A stretch of 64,000 nt of DNA, taken from the NCBI GenBank assembly GCA_004431415.1, contig QPMI01000503.1, positions 186,001 to 250,000 on the forward strand, read 5' to 3'. The notes under the pieces were generated by a model that saw nothing but the letters and a program-made list of their open reading frames with translations, did not search any database and was not told the DNA's origin. The translations under genes were made by a program, and so were the position numbers. Source of the DNA: Cyanophora paradoxa CCMP329 (Eukaryota > Plantae > Glaucophyta). Every line of letters starts with the position of its first letter. Within the stretch, counting starts at the first letter, position 1. Shown here in pieces: positions 23,849-36,105 of this stretch.

Positions 23849-26800
23849 ATGGCGCAGCTACCGATCTCCGTGGAGCCGTACCTGAAGATGCCGCTGGAGC
23901 GCGACAACAAGGACTTGCAGGAAGGCAGGAAGTGGATACAAAAGGCCGCCCAGTTTTTTCACCCGTCCACCTTCCCGACACAAGCGCTGCTCGATCTGCT
24001 TAGGTGCGCTGCTACTACAGTGCGCCGTGCGCATGCATGGTGTAGTGTTATCGAGGAGCCTGGCCGCCTGGGGCAGCCGCCCGCGCCCGCTGGGCCCGCT
24101 CGGAGGCTTACCGGGAAGTTGCCCAGGTGCGCCGCGTATGTCCGACGGGCGCGTGGCCAAACCGTGATTCAAGACGGACGCATCGCCGATCGCTTTTTCG
24201 GTCAGCTCCCCGGCTCGCCGCCCGCCCGCCGGCCGCGGCCCCCGCAACTGAGCGCTGCCGCGCAGCGATCCTCGCTGGCTCCGTCGTGATGCACATCCCA
24301 GAACCCGGCGGCCGGTGCGCCCGGGTTTGAGGGCGCGCGCTACGGGCGCGCGGGCTCACCGGCCGCCGCGCAGGGCGCTGCTCCCCCGCCGGGCCCCGAA
24401 GAAGGGCGCCCCGAAGGGCGGGGCCGCCGGGCCGGCGAGGGCGGCGAGGGCGCCGGGCCGGAGGGCGGCGAGGCGCCCGCAGCGGGAGGAGGCGGCGGTG
24501 GCGCCGGAGGCGAGGGCGCATCGGCGGCCGCCGAAGGGGAGGCGGGCGCCGGCGCCGGAGCCGGCGGGGAGGCCGCGCCCGGCGGGCACGAGGAGGCCCC
24601 CGCGGGGCCTGAGGCCGGTGAGGGTGGCGACGCCGGCGCGGGGGGTACCAACGAAGGACACGACGAGGCGGCCCACGAGGGGGAGGAGGAGTTGGAGGAG
24701 GCAGGGCCCCGTACCCCCGCCGAGCCCCCGCCCCCCGCGCCCTGACGCCCGGTCGCAGGTGCCCAACCGGACGGTCGTCGCGCACCTCTTCGAGGTACTC
24801 CTCCGCCCGCCCACATCGCTTCGCGTAACCCCTCTCCACCCCCTGACGGGTGCGGGCGGCAGGGGAACCTCGTCGGCCACATGGGGGTACTACGGGGCCG
24901 CGCCTGGAACGCGACCGGCGTCGCCGAGGTCCGCATTCGCGTACCCCCCTCCCTATTCTTCCCCGCTTTACCGCCCTTCGCCCCCAGGGCCCGGTCCACC
25001 TCCTCTGCTTCCTCAAGTCCGACTACGACGCGTGCGCGCGGCCGTACCCCCCGCTCCCCGGTCCCTATCGACACGGTACCCCCCGCAGGGTGCTGGCGGC
25101 GTACCACCTCTCGCGGCAGGCGAACGACATCGCGGAGTTCCTGCGCACGGTACCCGTCTTCAGCCGGTGGCCCCCCGCCGCGGTGGAGCTGGTCTCGGCG
25201 GGGGTGCGCCCGCGCTCCTTCGAGCGGGGTGCGGTCATCGCGGCCCGGGGCGACCCCGGCTCCTCCGTCTTCGTCGTCCAGGCGCGCCGCTTTGATCTTC
25301 AAACCTCCCGCCGCCCTGTACCCCCGCCGACCGCGCCCGTACCCCGCAGGAGGGGGAGGCGCGCCTGTGCGACGTGGTGTCGCTGGCGCAGCCGGGCAGC
25401 CCGCACAAGGCGAGCCGCCCCGCCCGCCCGCCCGCCCGCCCGCCCGCCCGCTCGGCGCAGCTGAGGGGGGGCGGCCCGCTCGGCGCAGCTGAGGGGCGGC
25501 GGGGCGGGGGAGCAGCGTGCGGTGAAGCGGGAGTGGGAGGTGGGGAGCGCGGGGCCCCGCGAGCTCATCGGCGACCAGGAGGCCATCCACTCGCAGGTCC
25601 GCCCGCCCCCCTCCAGCCAAGCGCGAGCTGGATAGAGCCTGAGCCCCCTGACGCTTCCTGACGCCGCATTGCGCCCCTCAGCCGTACCGCTTCCGCGTGG
25701 TGGCGGCGACGCGCGTCGTGGCCCTCCAGATCGCCTCCCCCGAGTTCGCCAAGCGTGCGCCCGCCCGCCCCCCCGCCCGCCCCGCCCTCCCCTCCTCGTC
25801 CGGCTCTTCTCCTGAGCGGCGCCCGCGCAGACGTCAACGCCCACCCGCAGTCCCTCAAGGTGCCCTCTCGCCTCTGATGCCGGCTCCCTCTTGCCTTGGG
25901 TGCTGACGTCTCTTCTTGCCTCAGGTGCTGACGGCGGCGCACGAGGCGCGGGACGCGGCGCGCCGGGAGCGCCTCCAGCGCATCGTGCGCCCTCCCTCCG
26001 CCCGCCCCCTCCGCGCGCCCCTGTGTGAGGCCCGCCGCAGCAGGACGCCCTGCAGCCGCTCTCGCGCTACGAGTCCGGGGCCGCCGCCCCGCCCCTCGGC
26101 GCCCCGCCCCTCCGCCTCCGCCCCGGACGCCCCCCGCGCCTCCCCCCGCCCCTCCGCCGCCCCGCTCCCCGTCGCCGCTGCGGGCTCCGGCTCGGCCTCG
26201 CCGCCGCCGGGGCCCGTGGCGGCGCTCCTTCGGGCGTCAGCCTCGCTGCCCGCGCTGGCCCCGCCGCACGCAATGCGGGGCCCCCTCTCCTCCCCCTCCG
26301 ACCTCGCCCGCCTGGGGGGGCCCCTCCCGGAGCCGGCCCCGCCCCTCTCCTCCGTCCCCTCCGCCCCACAGCTGAGCGCCGCGGAGCTCGCCCCCGTGCA
26401 CGCCTGGGCCCACGGCGGCGCCCACTTCTCCAGCCACCCGCTCCGCTCCAGCGGCGGGGCCGACGCGGGTCCCCTGCCGGGGCCCCTGCCCGGGCAGTCC
26501 CGCAGCAACAGGCGCCGCCCCGCCGCGGCTCGAGCCTGCGGGGCGCCCGGCCCCGCGCGTCGGCGCCGGCCCCTCCGGCGGCATGCGCGACTACGTGGCC
26601 GCTCTGCTCCAGCGCGCAGCCGAGCCGGCCGCCCTGGACGCGCCTTTCCACGCCCCTCAGGCCCCCTCCCCGGGCCCTCTCTGAGCCTCGCGCGGGCCCC
26701 GTCGGCCGCGGCGCCCTCGCCCCCGCCGCCCGCCCTGGACCGGTCCGCCCGCTCCCCGTCCCCGCCGTCCCGCGCCGAGGCCGCCTCGCCCTCGCCGTCG

Positions 26801-27277
26801 CCGCCGCCGCCGGTGCCGCCGTTGGCGCTGCCGGGCGCCCCGCCGCCCCTCGACGCCCGCCCGGGCGAGCTCCGCCTCGAGGAGTGGCTCGAGTGGTGCG
26901 GCCCCCGCGCCGGGCCCGCATCCCCCGTCAATCCTCACGTACCCCCCTCCCGCGCAGGCTCCCGCAGGGCCCGTCTGTGCTGGCGGCCGCGACGGGCGCC
27001 CCGCTCAGCGTCCTCTACTCGGAGGCGGCGCCGGGCGGGCCCCCGCGGGCCCCGACCCCTCCGAGGCCGCGGGGGCCGGCCCTGGCGGAAGCCGCGGGCG
27101 GCCCCGTCGGGGTACCGCGGCCTGGAGCTGCTGACGACGGACGGGGCGGCCCAGGCGGGGCGGTCCACGCGGGGCCCGCCAGCTGCCGGAGCTGCGGCCG
27201 GTCTCGAAGCAGGTGGGGCCCGGCGGGGGCGGGGGCGGCCGGGGCGGGCCCCAGGGCAGCCGCGAGCGCAAGCTTGA
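23849..27277 (+). CDS. Cyclic-nucleotide-binding domain protein (two CNB domains, Pro/Ala-rich C-terminal tail)
   Basis: MAQLPISVEPYLKMPLERDNKDL..., GQTVIQDGRIADRFF.ILAGSV, EFLRTVPVFSRW...FERGAVIAARGDPGSSVFVVQEGE, ELIGDQEAI, RVVAATRV. 3' end approximate. Confidence 0.8.
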
Positions 27278-27790
27278 CCCGCTCGGGAAGCGGCACGCGC
27301 GGCCCCCGCCCAGGGCGCTCCTCCTCAGCGGCTACTAGCCCCGCGCCGCGCCAGTGCGCCCGGGCGCCTCGAACTCGCGCGCCGGCGTGGAGCCCCGCTT
27401 CAGTAGTATCGCAGTAGTAGTATTCTTGGCGTGGTATCGTAGTATTGCAGGTAGATTGGAGCCCTATTCTGGTGTGGTATACATTGCTGAGTTTGCACAC
27501 GTGCCCTGCTCGCCCCGTCCCCCCGCCCTCCCCCGCCCACGCCACGTTCGCGGAGAGAGGATTTCGAACGGGTGGCCCATTTCTTTCGCACGCGCGTGCG
27601 CGCAGTGCCTCCGCCCCATCCCGCCCCCGCCCTCACCCTCGCCCCGCCCTCGCCTCGCGGACACAGGAACGGGTGGCCCGTTTCTTTCGCACGCACGCGC
27701 GCGCGCGCGGGCGGCTGTACAGGGCGGGGGCCGGTCGCCGGCCCCCGCGGGGCGGAGCGGGGCGGGGAGCGGGGAGGGGGGCGCTCGGAT

Positions 27791-29617
27791 CTAGAGGGCG
27801 GCGAACTCGTCGCAGAGCTCCTCGGCGCAGTCGAACTCCGCCTCGACGAACTCGCAGCCGGCGCCCGCCTCCACCGCCAGCTGCCGCCCCGGGGTCCCGC
27901 CCGTCGGCGCGGGGGCGGGCGGGGGCCGGCGCGGGCGCCGGGGCGCACCGAGCCGTCGAGCTCCTCGGCCTCGGCGGCGTAGTAGCCGTTGCCGTTGCCG
28001 TGGCCGACGCCCTTGCCGACGTTCTGGTTGCTAACGACGTTGCCGCCGAAGTCGCCGCGCGACGCCTCCGAGTGCGTGATCGGCGTGAACTCGTACTGGA
28101 TCTGCGAAGGCGGCCACCCGCGAGGTCGGCCCCGCGCCGCGCCGCGCCGCCCCGCCCGGCCCGCGACCCGCACCTTGTAGCCGGAGCCGACGCTGCCGTC
28201 GTCGTTCGACGAGAACTCGATGAACGAGGCGCCCGCCGGGTGGTACGTCTCGCCTGCGCGCGCCCCCGCTCGGGCCCGGGCGGGCCGAGGGCTGGGGCCC
28301 GCGGGGCTCGTGCGCACTGAGCGAGGGCGGGTTCTGCTGGGTGAAGGTGATGCTCTTGCCCGAGAGGCGCGAGTCGCCGTCGTACAGGGTCAGGCTGTCG
28401 CCCTGCGCGCCCTCCCCCGCTCAGCTGCGGAAAGGGACGGGGTACAGCGGGCTCGCCTCGCCGAGGTCGAACTCGAGGAACTTGATGGAGGGTACGGTGT
28501 TCGGCACGTAGTCGATGGTGGCCTGCGCGAACGCCCCCGCCGGCCCCCGTGAGCCCCCGGGTCCGGCTCGGGGTACGGCGGACGGTGCCCCGCCCGCCCG
28601 CCCACCCGCTCGCTCGCTCACCGTGCAGTGCTTCCCCGGGGCGTAGCCGAAGACACCGTCTGAGCGGGGCGGCGGGGGGTAAGGGCGGGGCGAGGGCAGG
28701 CGGGGCGCGAGAGGAGGCGGGAGGGCGCGGACCCGAGACGATGCCGGAGGCCGCCTTGTTGCTCTCGTACGGGGGGAGGTCCTCGCAGCTAATGTTCGAA
28801 GCCTGCGTGCACCGCGGCGCGGCGCGCGTTCGGGCGGGGCGCCTCCAGCCAGCAGCGGGGCGGCGACGAGCGGGGGCGGCCACGCACGCGGGCGTTGTAG
28901 GAGGGGTGGATCTTGGCCTGGCCGATGAAGCCGGTGCCGCTGACGCTGTCGCCGTTGCCGGCGAACTTGAGGAAGACGGCGGCGCCCCTGCGAGCAAAAA
29001 GAGGCGAAAAGGAACATGAGCTGAGCCGAGCAGACGAAGAGAAAAAGCCATGCGCACGGAGGGAAGACGATGTCGGGGATGGCGCCATCGTTGCTCGAAT
29101 CGAAGGAGGCGATGTGCTGCGAAGTAAGTTCAGCGCGGGAGATGTTTGAAGCTGGCAGGTCGACGCATCGCACCTGCTCGTCCGCGGTGGACTTCATGGT
29201 GATCTCCATCGAGTCGCCATCGCTGCGCGCGCCGGACCCCACTGTGTCAGAGCGGTGAAAGGAATGTGCCAGATGGCCAGTCCGGCGGCCTGGGAAGGCC
29301 GGCTGACGCACGCAAGGTCCACGACGATGCCCTACGAGGAAAAAGACGGTATTCAGCGGTCAGCGGTGGCTGGCGTGGCGCGCCGTTGGGACGCACCTCC
29401 AGCGCGACCTGACCGACGCCGCCAGACGTCGGCGGGTAAATGGGAATAACCTTAGTCCCATCGTTGTAGGCGCCTGCGGTTTCGGCCGTCCGGGCCACCG
29501 TCAAGAAAGGTCGCCGGCAAAAACGCTCGACTGAAGGGCGGGCCGGTCAAGCCTGGCTAGCAGTCCTCGCTCACCGGGGATGGGGCCAGACGAGGTGATG
29601 GGCGTCTCCATCGACAT
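27791..29617 (-). CDS. CUB-domain protein
   Basis: SGIVSDGVFGYAPGKHCT, SIKFLEFDL, GDSLTLYDGDS, IEFSSNDDGSVGSGYKIQYEF form a CUB signature. An earlier VFLKFAGNGDSVSGTGF suggests a second CUB. Stop TAG at 27791. Confidence 0.75.
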
Positions 29618-29743
29618 GGCGAACTAGACGATGCCGGGAGCTGGTTTGCCGCGTGTCGGTCTGATGGAGGGAGGGAGGGGGGGCGACTGAAACGGGGGTA
29701 CAGCCTTCGAGTGCGGGTCCGACATTGGCGGCGGCCCTCAGAG

Positions 29744-32700
29744 ATGTCGAAGCCGCGAGGGAAGGGGCCCGCAGAAGCCGCCCCAAAGCCAACGACCATC
29801 TCCACCCTCCCAAGCGGCAGCATCCTCTACGACGGCGACCCGAAGGTACGGACCGCCTCCCAGACGACGCGCGTACAGCTAACCGTACAGTTCAGTACGA
29901 TTGGAGGGATTACATGTTTCAGGTTTGTGAATGAGCTTAGCAATGACTCGATGGGCGTCATGAGGGGAGCGCGGGGCGCGGGGGGCGCGCGTTCATCTTC
30001 CTCCTAATGCCGTCGGCTCAGGCGATCACATCGTTCCGCGAGTACTATGAGCGCTCGCGTATCGATCCTTCCAACATCCCGAAGACGGAGGTGCGCGCTC
30101 GCCGCTTGCTGTTTCTTGCTTCCTCCGCCCTGAGGCGGAGCTGACGCCGCGTCCTCCGCTTGGCCTTCCGCAGTACGCAGAATTCAAGCTTCAAGCGAAG
30201 ACGAAGCGGAGCCCGCAGTGCATGGAGATCCTGCTCTACAACAACCTCATCGCAACCATCTTCCCGACCGAGATTGGTACTCGCCGTCCGTTCCCCCTGG
30301 CCGGTTCGCTCGCCGACTCCGCGTTTGCAGCGGTGTACGACGGAGGCTGGCAGTCGCCGCGTACGTGCGAGTGTGCGTCCAGCCGAGCGAAACCTCCGCC
30401 AGGTTCCCCGCGCTGGCTTACCGTACGCGCGCCGCAGATCTCAACGAGCTGTGCGCGGCCCTGTCGGAAGCTGTCCGTTTCTTTTCCGTAACTTAGCTTT
30501 CCTTCTCTTCTTTGCGCAGCATCTACATGTTGAACGTGGACGCGATGGTTCGATTGTTCGCTCCCGATCTCTTCTCCTAGTTCTGAGACGCCGCCGGCAG
30601 ATCATCCGCGAGCGGAATCACTTCGAGGCCACCGTTCGCGGCGCTCCCCGCGCCTTCACTAACGGAATGTGCGCCGCGCCCGACCTCCTTCTGCACCTGG
30701 GGTCGTGCGCTGATCGCCCCGCAGGCGCTTCCCCCTGAAGGAGCAGCTGTGGACGGACCTGAAGGAGAACGGCCCGGCCGGCAAGCAGAAGGCGGGACCG
30801 CCGCCGCCGAGGCCGCAGAACGCGCGCCCCACTGCCGTAGGAGCGGCCCCCGCCCCGGAGCCGGCGGCACCGCCCCCGCCGGCGCCCTCGTCACAGGAGC
30901 GTGCCGCTTGGCCGACGCTCGGCGGCGGAGGTCCTAAGGCTCCGCCGGCGGCATCGCAGTCGAAACCCGTCTCCTTTGCTGCGGCCGCGGCGGCGGCGGC
31001 GGGCGGCTCTCAGGGGCCGGCCCCGCCCGCGACGCGGCCGCCCGCCGACAAGCCAACGCGGCTGGTCACAGCGGGCCCGCACGCCCCGCGGGCCCCGCCC
31101 CGGTCGCGCCCGCGCCCGCCACGGGCGTCTGGGGCGCGGCAGCTTCGTCGAAGCCAGCGGCGGTCGCCCCTTCGAAGCCTGCCGCCGAGCCAGCCGCGCC
31201 CCCGGTCCCAGCACCGGCCCGGCCGCGCCCCGGCCCCGGCCCCGGCCGCGCCCCCGGTCCCGGCCCCGACGCCCGCGCCCGAGCAGCCGAAGGCGCCGCG
31301 CACGCCGAAGCCCTCGGAGCCCGCCCCGAAGCCGGCGGAGCCGGCCCCGGCCCCGGCGCCGGCCCCGCCGCCCGAGCCGCCCGCCGTGGACGTGCCGAGC
31401 GTCGCGGACCAGGCCGCGCGCGTCTACTTCTACTTCGACCCCAAGGGCAACACGCACGGCCCGTTCCCCTTTACCGTCCGCCCCCTCCTCCCCCGCCCGC
31501 CGCGAGCCTTCCGGACCCGCTCGAGCAACCCCGCCGGCAGACTCTGAAGCGCTGGTTCGAGGACAAGTTCTTCCCGAGCGACATGCAGGTGCCCCTCCCC
31601 CGGCCTCTCTGAGCGCCCGAGACGCCGCGTGCCTAAGATCCGATCCGCCGCAGGTCTTCACGCGGACGGACGGGGCGCCGGACGGCCCCATGGGCGAGTC
31701 GTGGACGATCTCGCAACTGGTCCTGCTTGCCGACCGCGACCCCGCCGCCCCGGAGTGGTCCGTCGTCGACGACTCCGGCTCCGTCCTCCTCGAGAACCTC
31801 CCGGTACCCCCGCCGCCCTCTTCCCCCCTCCTTCCCGTGTACCCCTGACTCGCGCTCGTACCCCGGCAGCTCCGGGAGCTCGCCCGCCTCCGCGCCTTCC
31901 GTACCCTCCCCGACTCCTCCATCGTGAAGGCGTGCCCGTACCCCCGCGGCGCCCCCCCGCGCCAGCGGCTCACCTCAGCGCCCCCGGCAGGCCGCGCACG
32001 CCCCCTTCTCGGTTCAGCTGAAGGTCCTGCTCGTCAGGCCGGCCCCGCGCGCCGCCCCGCCCTCGGCGCCGCCGCCCGCCCCAGCCACAGCCGCCGTCTC
32101 CCCGGCCCGGGCGCAGTCCCAGGCCAGCTCCCCCGCCGCCTCCGCCGAGCCCAAGCCCGCCGCCCCGTACCGTCCCTTCGCGAACGCGCCCCCCGGCCCT
32201 CCGCCTCCACGCCTGGCCCCTCCGCCTCGCCCTCCTCCGCCCCGCGGCCCCGGCGGCCTCCCCCGCCCCGAAGCCCTCACCAGCCCCCGCCACGTCCGCC
32301 CCGCCCGCCCCCGCCCGGCCGGCGCGCTCCGGCCCGTCCCCGTCGATCGAGCTGCCGCTCCCGTCGCCCAGCGCCGCGGCGGCCGCCCCCTCGCCCACGC
32401 CGCCGCCCTCCTCCCCCGGCGACGCCCAGTGGCTCTACCGCGACCCACGTGCGGCCCGCCCCTCTCGTCCTCCTCCTCGGCCGCTCACGCGGCTTCCCGC
32501 TTCAGAAATGGTCCTGCAGGGGCCCTTCTCGCTGCCGCGTCTGCTGGAGTGGCTCCGCGAAGGGTGCGCACCCGCCGAGCGCGCCCCGCGCCGGCGCCGC
32601 CGACCTGACCTCCCCCGCCCCCGCCAGGTACCTCCCGCCGGACCTCGGCGTGTGGGCGCCCAACATGCACCCGACGCCCGTGGCCCTCGCGACGTGAGCG

Positions 32701-33557
32701 CCCCTCTGCCCCGCCGCCCGCGTCGCCCCCGGCCATCGTCGATCCGCCGCGCGCAGCATCCTGGCCCGCAGCGGCCTGCTTCCCGCGAAGGAGCTGCAGG
32801 CGAGCGGCCGCCCCCGTCCCGCCCCCCGCGCGGCCGCCGCCTGACCGCGGCCGTAGCAAATGGCGCCTTACAATCCCGACGACCCCGCCGTCTGGTTCTA
32901 TATGGACCCCATGAACCAGCCCCGCGTGAGCCCAGCCGGTCGGCGCGACAGCCTGGGCCTTCTCTGACCCTTCGCCCCGTCCTGTGCGCCAGGGCCCGTT
33001 CACGTGGCAGCAGCTCATCGGGTGGTCCGTCAACATGACCGCCGCCGGGCCCAACGGGACGGTCCGCCACCCCCCCCCCCCCCCTCTTCCCCCCCCGGTT
33101 CCCTTCGTGGCGTACCCCGACCCCGCCCGCCCGCAGCCATTCCTGCTCGGCCCTGCCCTCGCCGCGGGCATGTACCCCGCAGCCTCGTACGTGTCTCCGG
33201 GGTATGGCGTTCCTGCGGGGTACGGCCCCCCCGCCGGCTACGCGGCGTCGTTCGTTCCCCTGCATCGCGTTGGATCAGCTACACAGGTATACCTCCCTCC
33301 CCGTTTCCTTCCCCCGCGTTCGATTCGCCCCTTCTGATACCCTTGGTCCGCTGCAGATGCGAGGCCAGGGTATCCAGATCATCACGGCGAACCAGGGGCA
33401 GCAGCGCAGTTACAGGAACCAGAACCGGCGGCGCTCCGGCTCCGACGAGTCCCCGCCCCGCTCCGGCTACGGGCCCATGAGCCCCTCCGCCGCCATCGCG
33501 GCCGGCCCCAACGGGCTCGCCGCCCCCTCGAGCTCCGGCTCCTTGTCCAGTGCTTAG
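29744..33557 (+). CDS. Multi-GYF-domain, Pro/Ala-rich protein
   Basis: YFYFDPKGNTHGPF...LKRWFEDKFFPSDMQV; QWLYRDP...GPFSLPRLLEWLREGYLPPDLGV; a further QGPFTWQQLIGW. Start MSKPRGKG, end ...SSSGSLSSA*. Confidence 0.78.
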
Positions 33558-33878
33558 AGAAGTCGCAGCTGCAGCGCACAGCGCTAACGTTTCGCCCCGT
33601 CCTGGTCGTAGGCCGCAGCCTCTCTTCCCTCACCGAGAGTCGATTAAACTATTTCGTGGTGGACATGTTGTGCTGTTGAACAGGCTGCTGCTTTTTACAG
33701 GCTGCTATACAACGTTGACGGAGGGGATAATTATAAGGGCGACGGAGTGGGCGGCTGGGAGAGCAGAGGGGCGTGATGGACGATACAAGGCGTGAGGGGG
33801 CACGGGCGTGCACGGGAGGCGCACGGTCTACAAAGCGGGCGGCGAGGGGTACAAGGCGAGGAGGAGAACGAGGGAAGC

Positions 33879-34958
33879 CTACAGGAGGACGAGGCGGTAG
33901 AGCTCATCGGGTACAAGGTCGCACAGGTCGCCGACGATGTACCCGCCCCGGTCCCGCAGCACGCTGCGCATGTTCGAGCCGTCCATCTGCGCGGTACGGG
34001 TTCGGAAAAGGAAAAACAAAGGAACAGAAGAGGCGCAGACAAGGATGGAGGCAAGAGGACCGTCAGTGGCCCGCGCGAGGGCAGTTGCAGCGCGCCGAAC
34101 GACGTCGGGGAATGTGTCGAGCTGCGGGCGAATCAGCGGCGGCGGCGATGACGCGGCTGAGCTCAGGCGCGCCTTGGGGTGGAAAGACACGTTGGCGGTC
34201 TCCAGGAGACCCTCGCACTGGACGCGGATGTGCACGCGAGGCGCCATTGCGTCATTGGGGCCCGCCCGCATGAGTCCCGTGGCGCCCAGAATAGCGATCG
34301 CTCCCGGCTGCGGGGTTGATCCCCAGGGGTGTTCCGCGCTGTTCGAGCCGATTGCGGAGGCAGCTGAGGCGAGGGTGTTCGGAATCGCGGACGGCGCCGA
34401 CTGGCGGGACTTCTTGGCTGGCTTCTGTCGATCCTGCTTCGGGGTGTCCCCATCGCGGCGCTTATTCCGCTGCGCACTCTGTGCTGCTATTGCTGCAGCC
34501 TTCTCGTTCGCCACTGGATCGGTGAGCTCATGCTTTGCAAGGTGACGCGTGAACGAGCTCGCCGCCTTCGCGGCAAAGCTGAAAAGCTGGTTGTTGCATC
34601 CGTCGACCATACACTTAATAAACCTGCGCGCTTGAGATGAGAACGCAGCCAGCAGCAGCAACAGGTTCGAAAAGCAGAACGGACTCCTTCCCGTTCTTCC
34701 TGCCGATGCGGGCGTAGTCCCAGTACCACGCGTCAAGATGCTTTCGCCGTTTCTCCCACTCTTCGTCCGTGTAGATAACGAACTCGTCTCCTTCGCCATC
34801 AGCATCCTCCGCGTTCTGATCGTGCGGGATCGCTGAGGGCGGGACGGGACAACAATCGGGTCGGGAAAACCGCGAACCGGAAGCGCGGTTGGAAGACCTA
34901 CAGGGTTGCCCTGTGATTCCGCGTAGCTGGCTTCAGGTATGTAGCTGCTCGACGACAT
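33879..34958 (-). CDS. BED-type zinc finger protein with C-terminal ubiquitin-like (KHA/DCX-like) domain, paralog 1
   Basis: Spliced WYWDYARIGRKNGKEFIKCMVDGC...SSFTRHLAKH (BED pattern). C-terminus RDRGGYIVGDLCDLVPDELYRLVLL*. Start GCCATG MSSSSY. Confidence 0.72.
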   Translation of the reverse strand: MSSSSYIPEASYAESQGNPVGLPTALPVRGFPDPIVVPSRPQRSRTIRTRRMLMAKETSSLSTRTKSGRNGESILTRGTGTTPASAGRTGRSPFCFSNLLLLLAAFSSQARRFIKCMVDGCNNQLFSFAAKAASSFTRHLAKHELTDPVANEKAAAIAAQSAQRNKRRDGDTPKQDRQKPAKKSRQSAPSAIPNTLASAASAIGSNSAEHPWGSTPQPGAIAILGATGLMRAGPNDAMAPRVHIRVQCEGLLETANVSFHPKARLSSAASSPPPLIRPQLDTFPDVVRRAATALARATDGPLASILVCASSVPLFFLFRTRTAQMDGSNMRSVLRDRGGYIVGDLCDLVPDELYRLVLL

Positions 34959-36105
34959 GGCCGGCTTGGTCGGCTCTCGGCGGCTTGCCCTCGATCGACG
35001 AGCCTGTTGTGGCTGGGGGGGATACAGGCGCCAATCAGACAGAGCAAGCTGACCCCACAGGTCCACGCCGGGCGTCGCGGAGGCGGAGGATGAAGCTGCT
35101 AGCTATAGCTACTTTTCGATGCTCGGGCCCATCGCCGACAGATGAGCAGCGAGCGGGCTCGGCGTTCGCTGTTCCGCTCTGGCAATGCGGCATACAGACT
35201 TCAACCAGGTCAAACGCACTGCGTGTGTCTTTTCTGAGCTCAGCGGAGTGCCAGCGGCCGTGGGCGCCCGAGCTTGCGCTCCGCGTCCGCGGCGAGCTAG
35301 CTATAGCGCGCGCTCGAGCCGCGGCCGCGGCCGGGCCGGCGCAGTCGCTTGCTTAGCGGCTCGTATCTCGCTCCAGCCTCGTATCCAACATGCTCGGCGG
35401 TGTTTGCGAATGCGTCAGGCTGCAGCTGAGCGCCTAGGCCGCGCAGCCACGGCGCACGCGTACGCATGCGCAGGCCGGGCACGAATTCTGAAGGCGCGCG
35501 CCTGGCCCGCGGCCGCGGCCGGCGCCGCGGCGCGCCGGCCGGCTCGCGAGCCGGGCCGCCTCGTACGCTTCGAATTCCCGTTTAATTTGTTGCAGGCTAT
35601 GAACGCTGGAGCTGCAGCTGGACAACAGATCTAGAGCTGAAAGGTGCGCGCGCGCGCGCGCTATAGCTACGCCGCTAGCTGTACTATGATAGTATACATA
35701 CTAGTGCACGTGCGCATGCTGCGGTCAGTACTAGCCTAGTAGCAGTATCGATCGCTCGCCCGAGGAGCTGCACGCGCATATCTAGTATTCCTCCACAAGG
35801 ACCGGGGCCCACGTGAGATAGAAATGAAGTACGAAATCAAAAATGCAATTCGCAAGGAGATGATAAAAGGGGGTTGTCGACAGCGGAACGGGAGACGTCG
35901 ACAGGAAGAGGGATATCGATTGGGGAATGATAGAAGGGAGGCAACTGAGGACGTCCGAAAGAGCGTTAAGGGGGGCAGTGACCATGCAAAATTCGCAAGA
36001 TGTGGAGAGCACATGGTTATGGGGCGACTGTGGGGATGGCGAGGGGTAGACGGGGAAAGGGCGAGGGTTTAAAGGGTACAAGGCGAGAAGGAGAACGAGG
36101 GAAGC

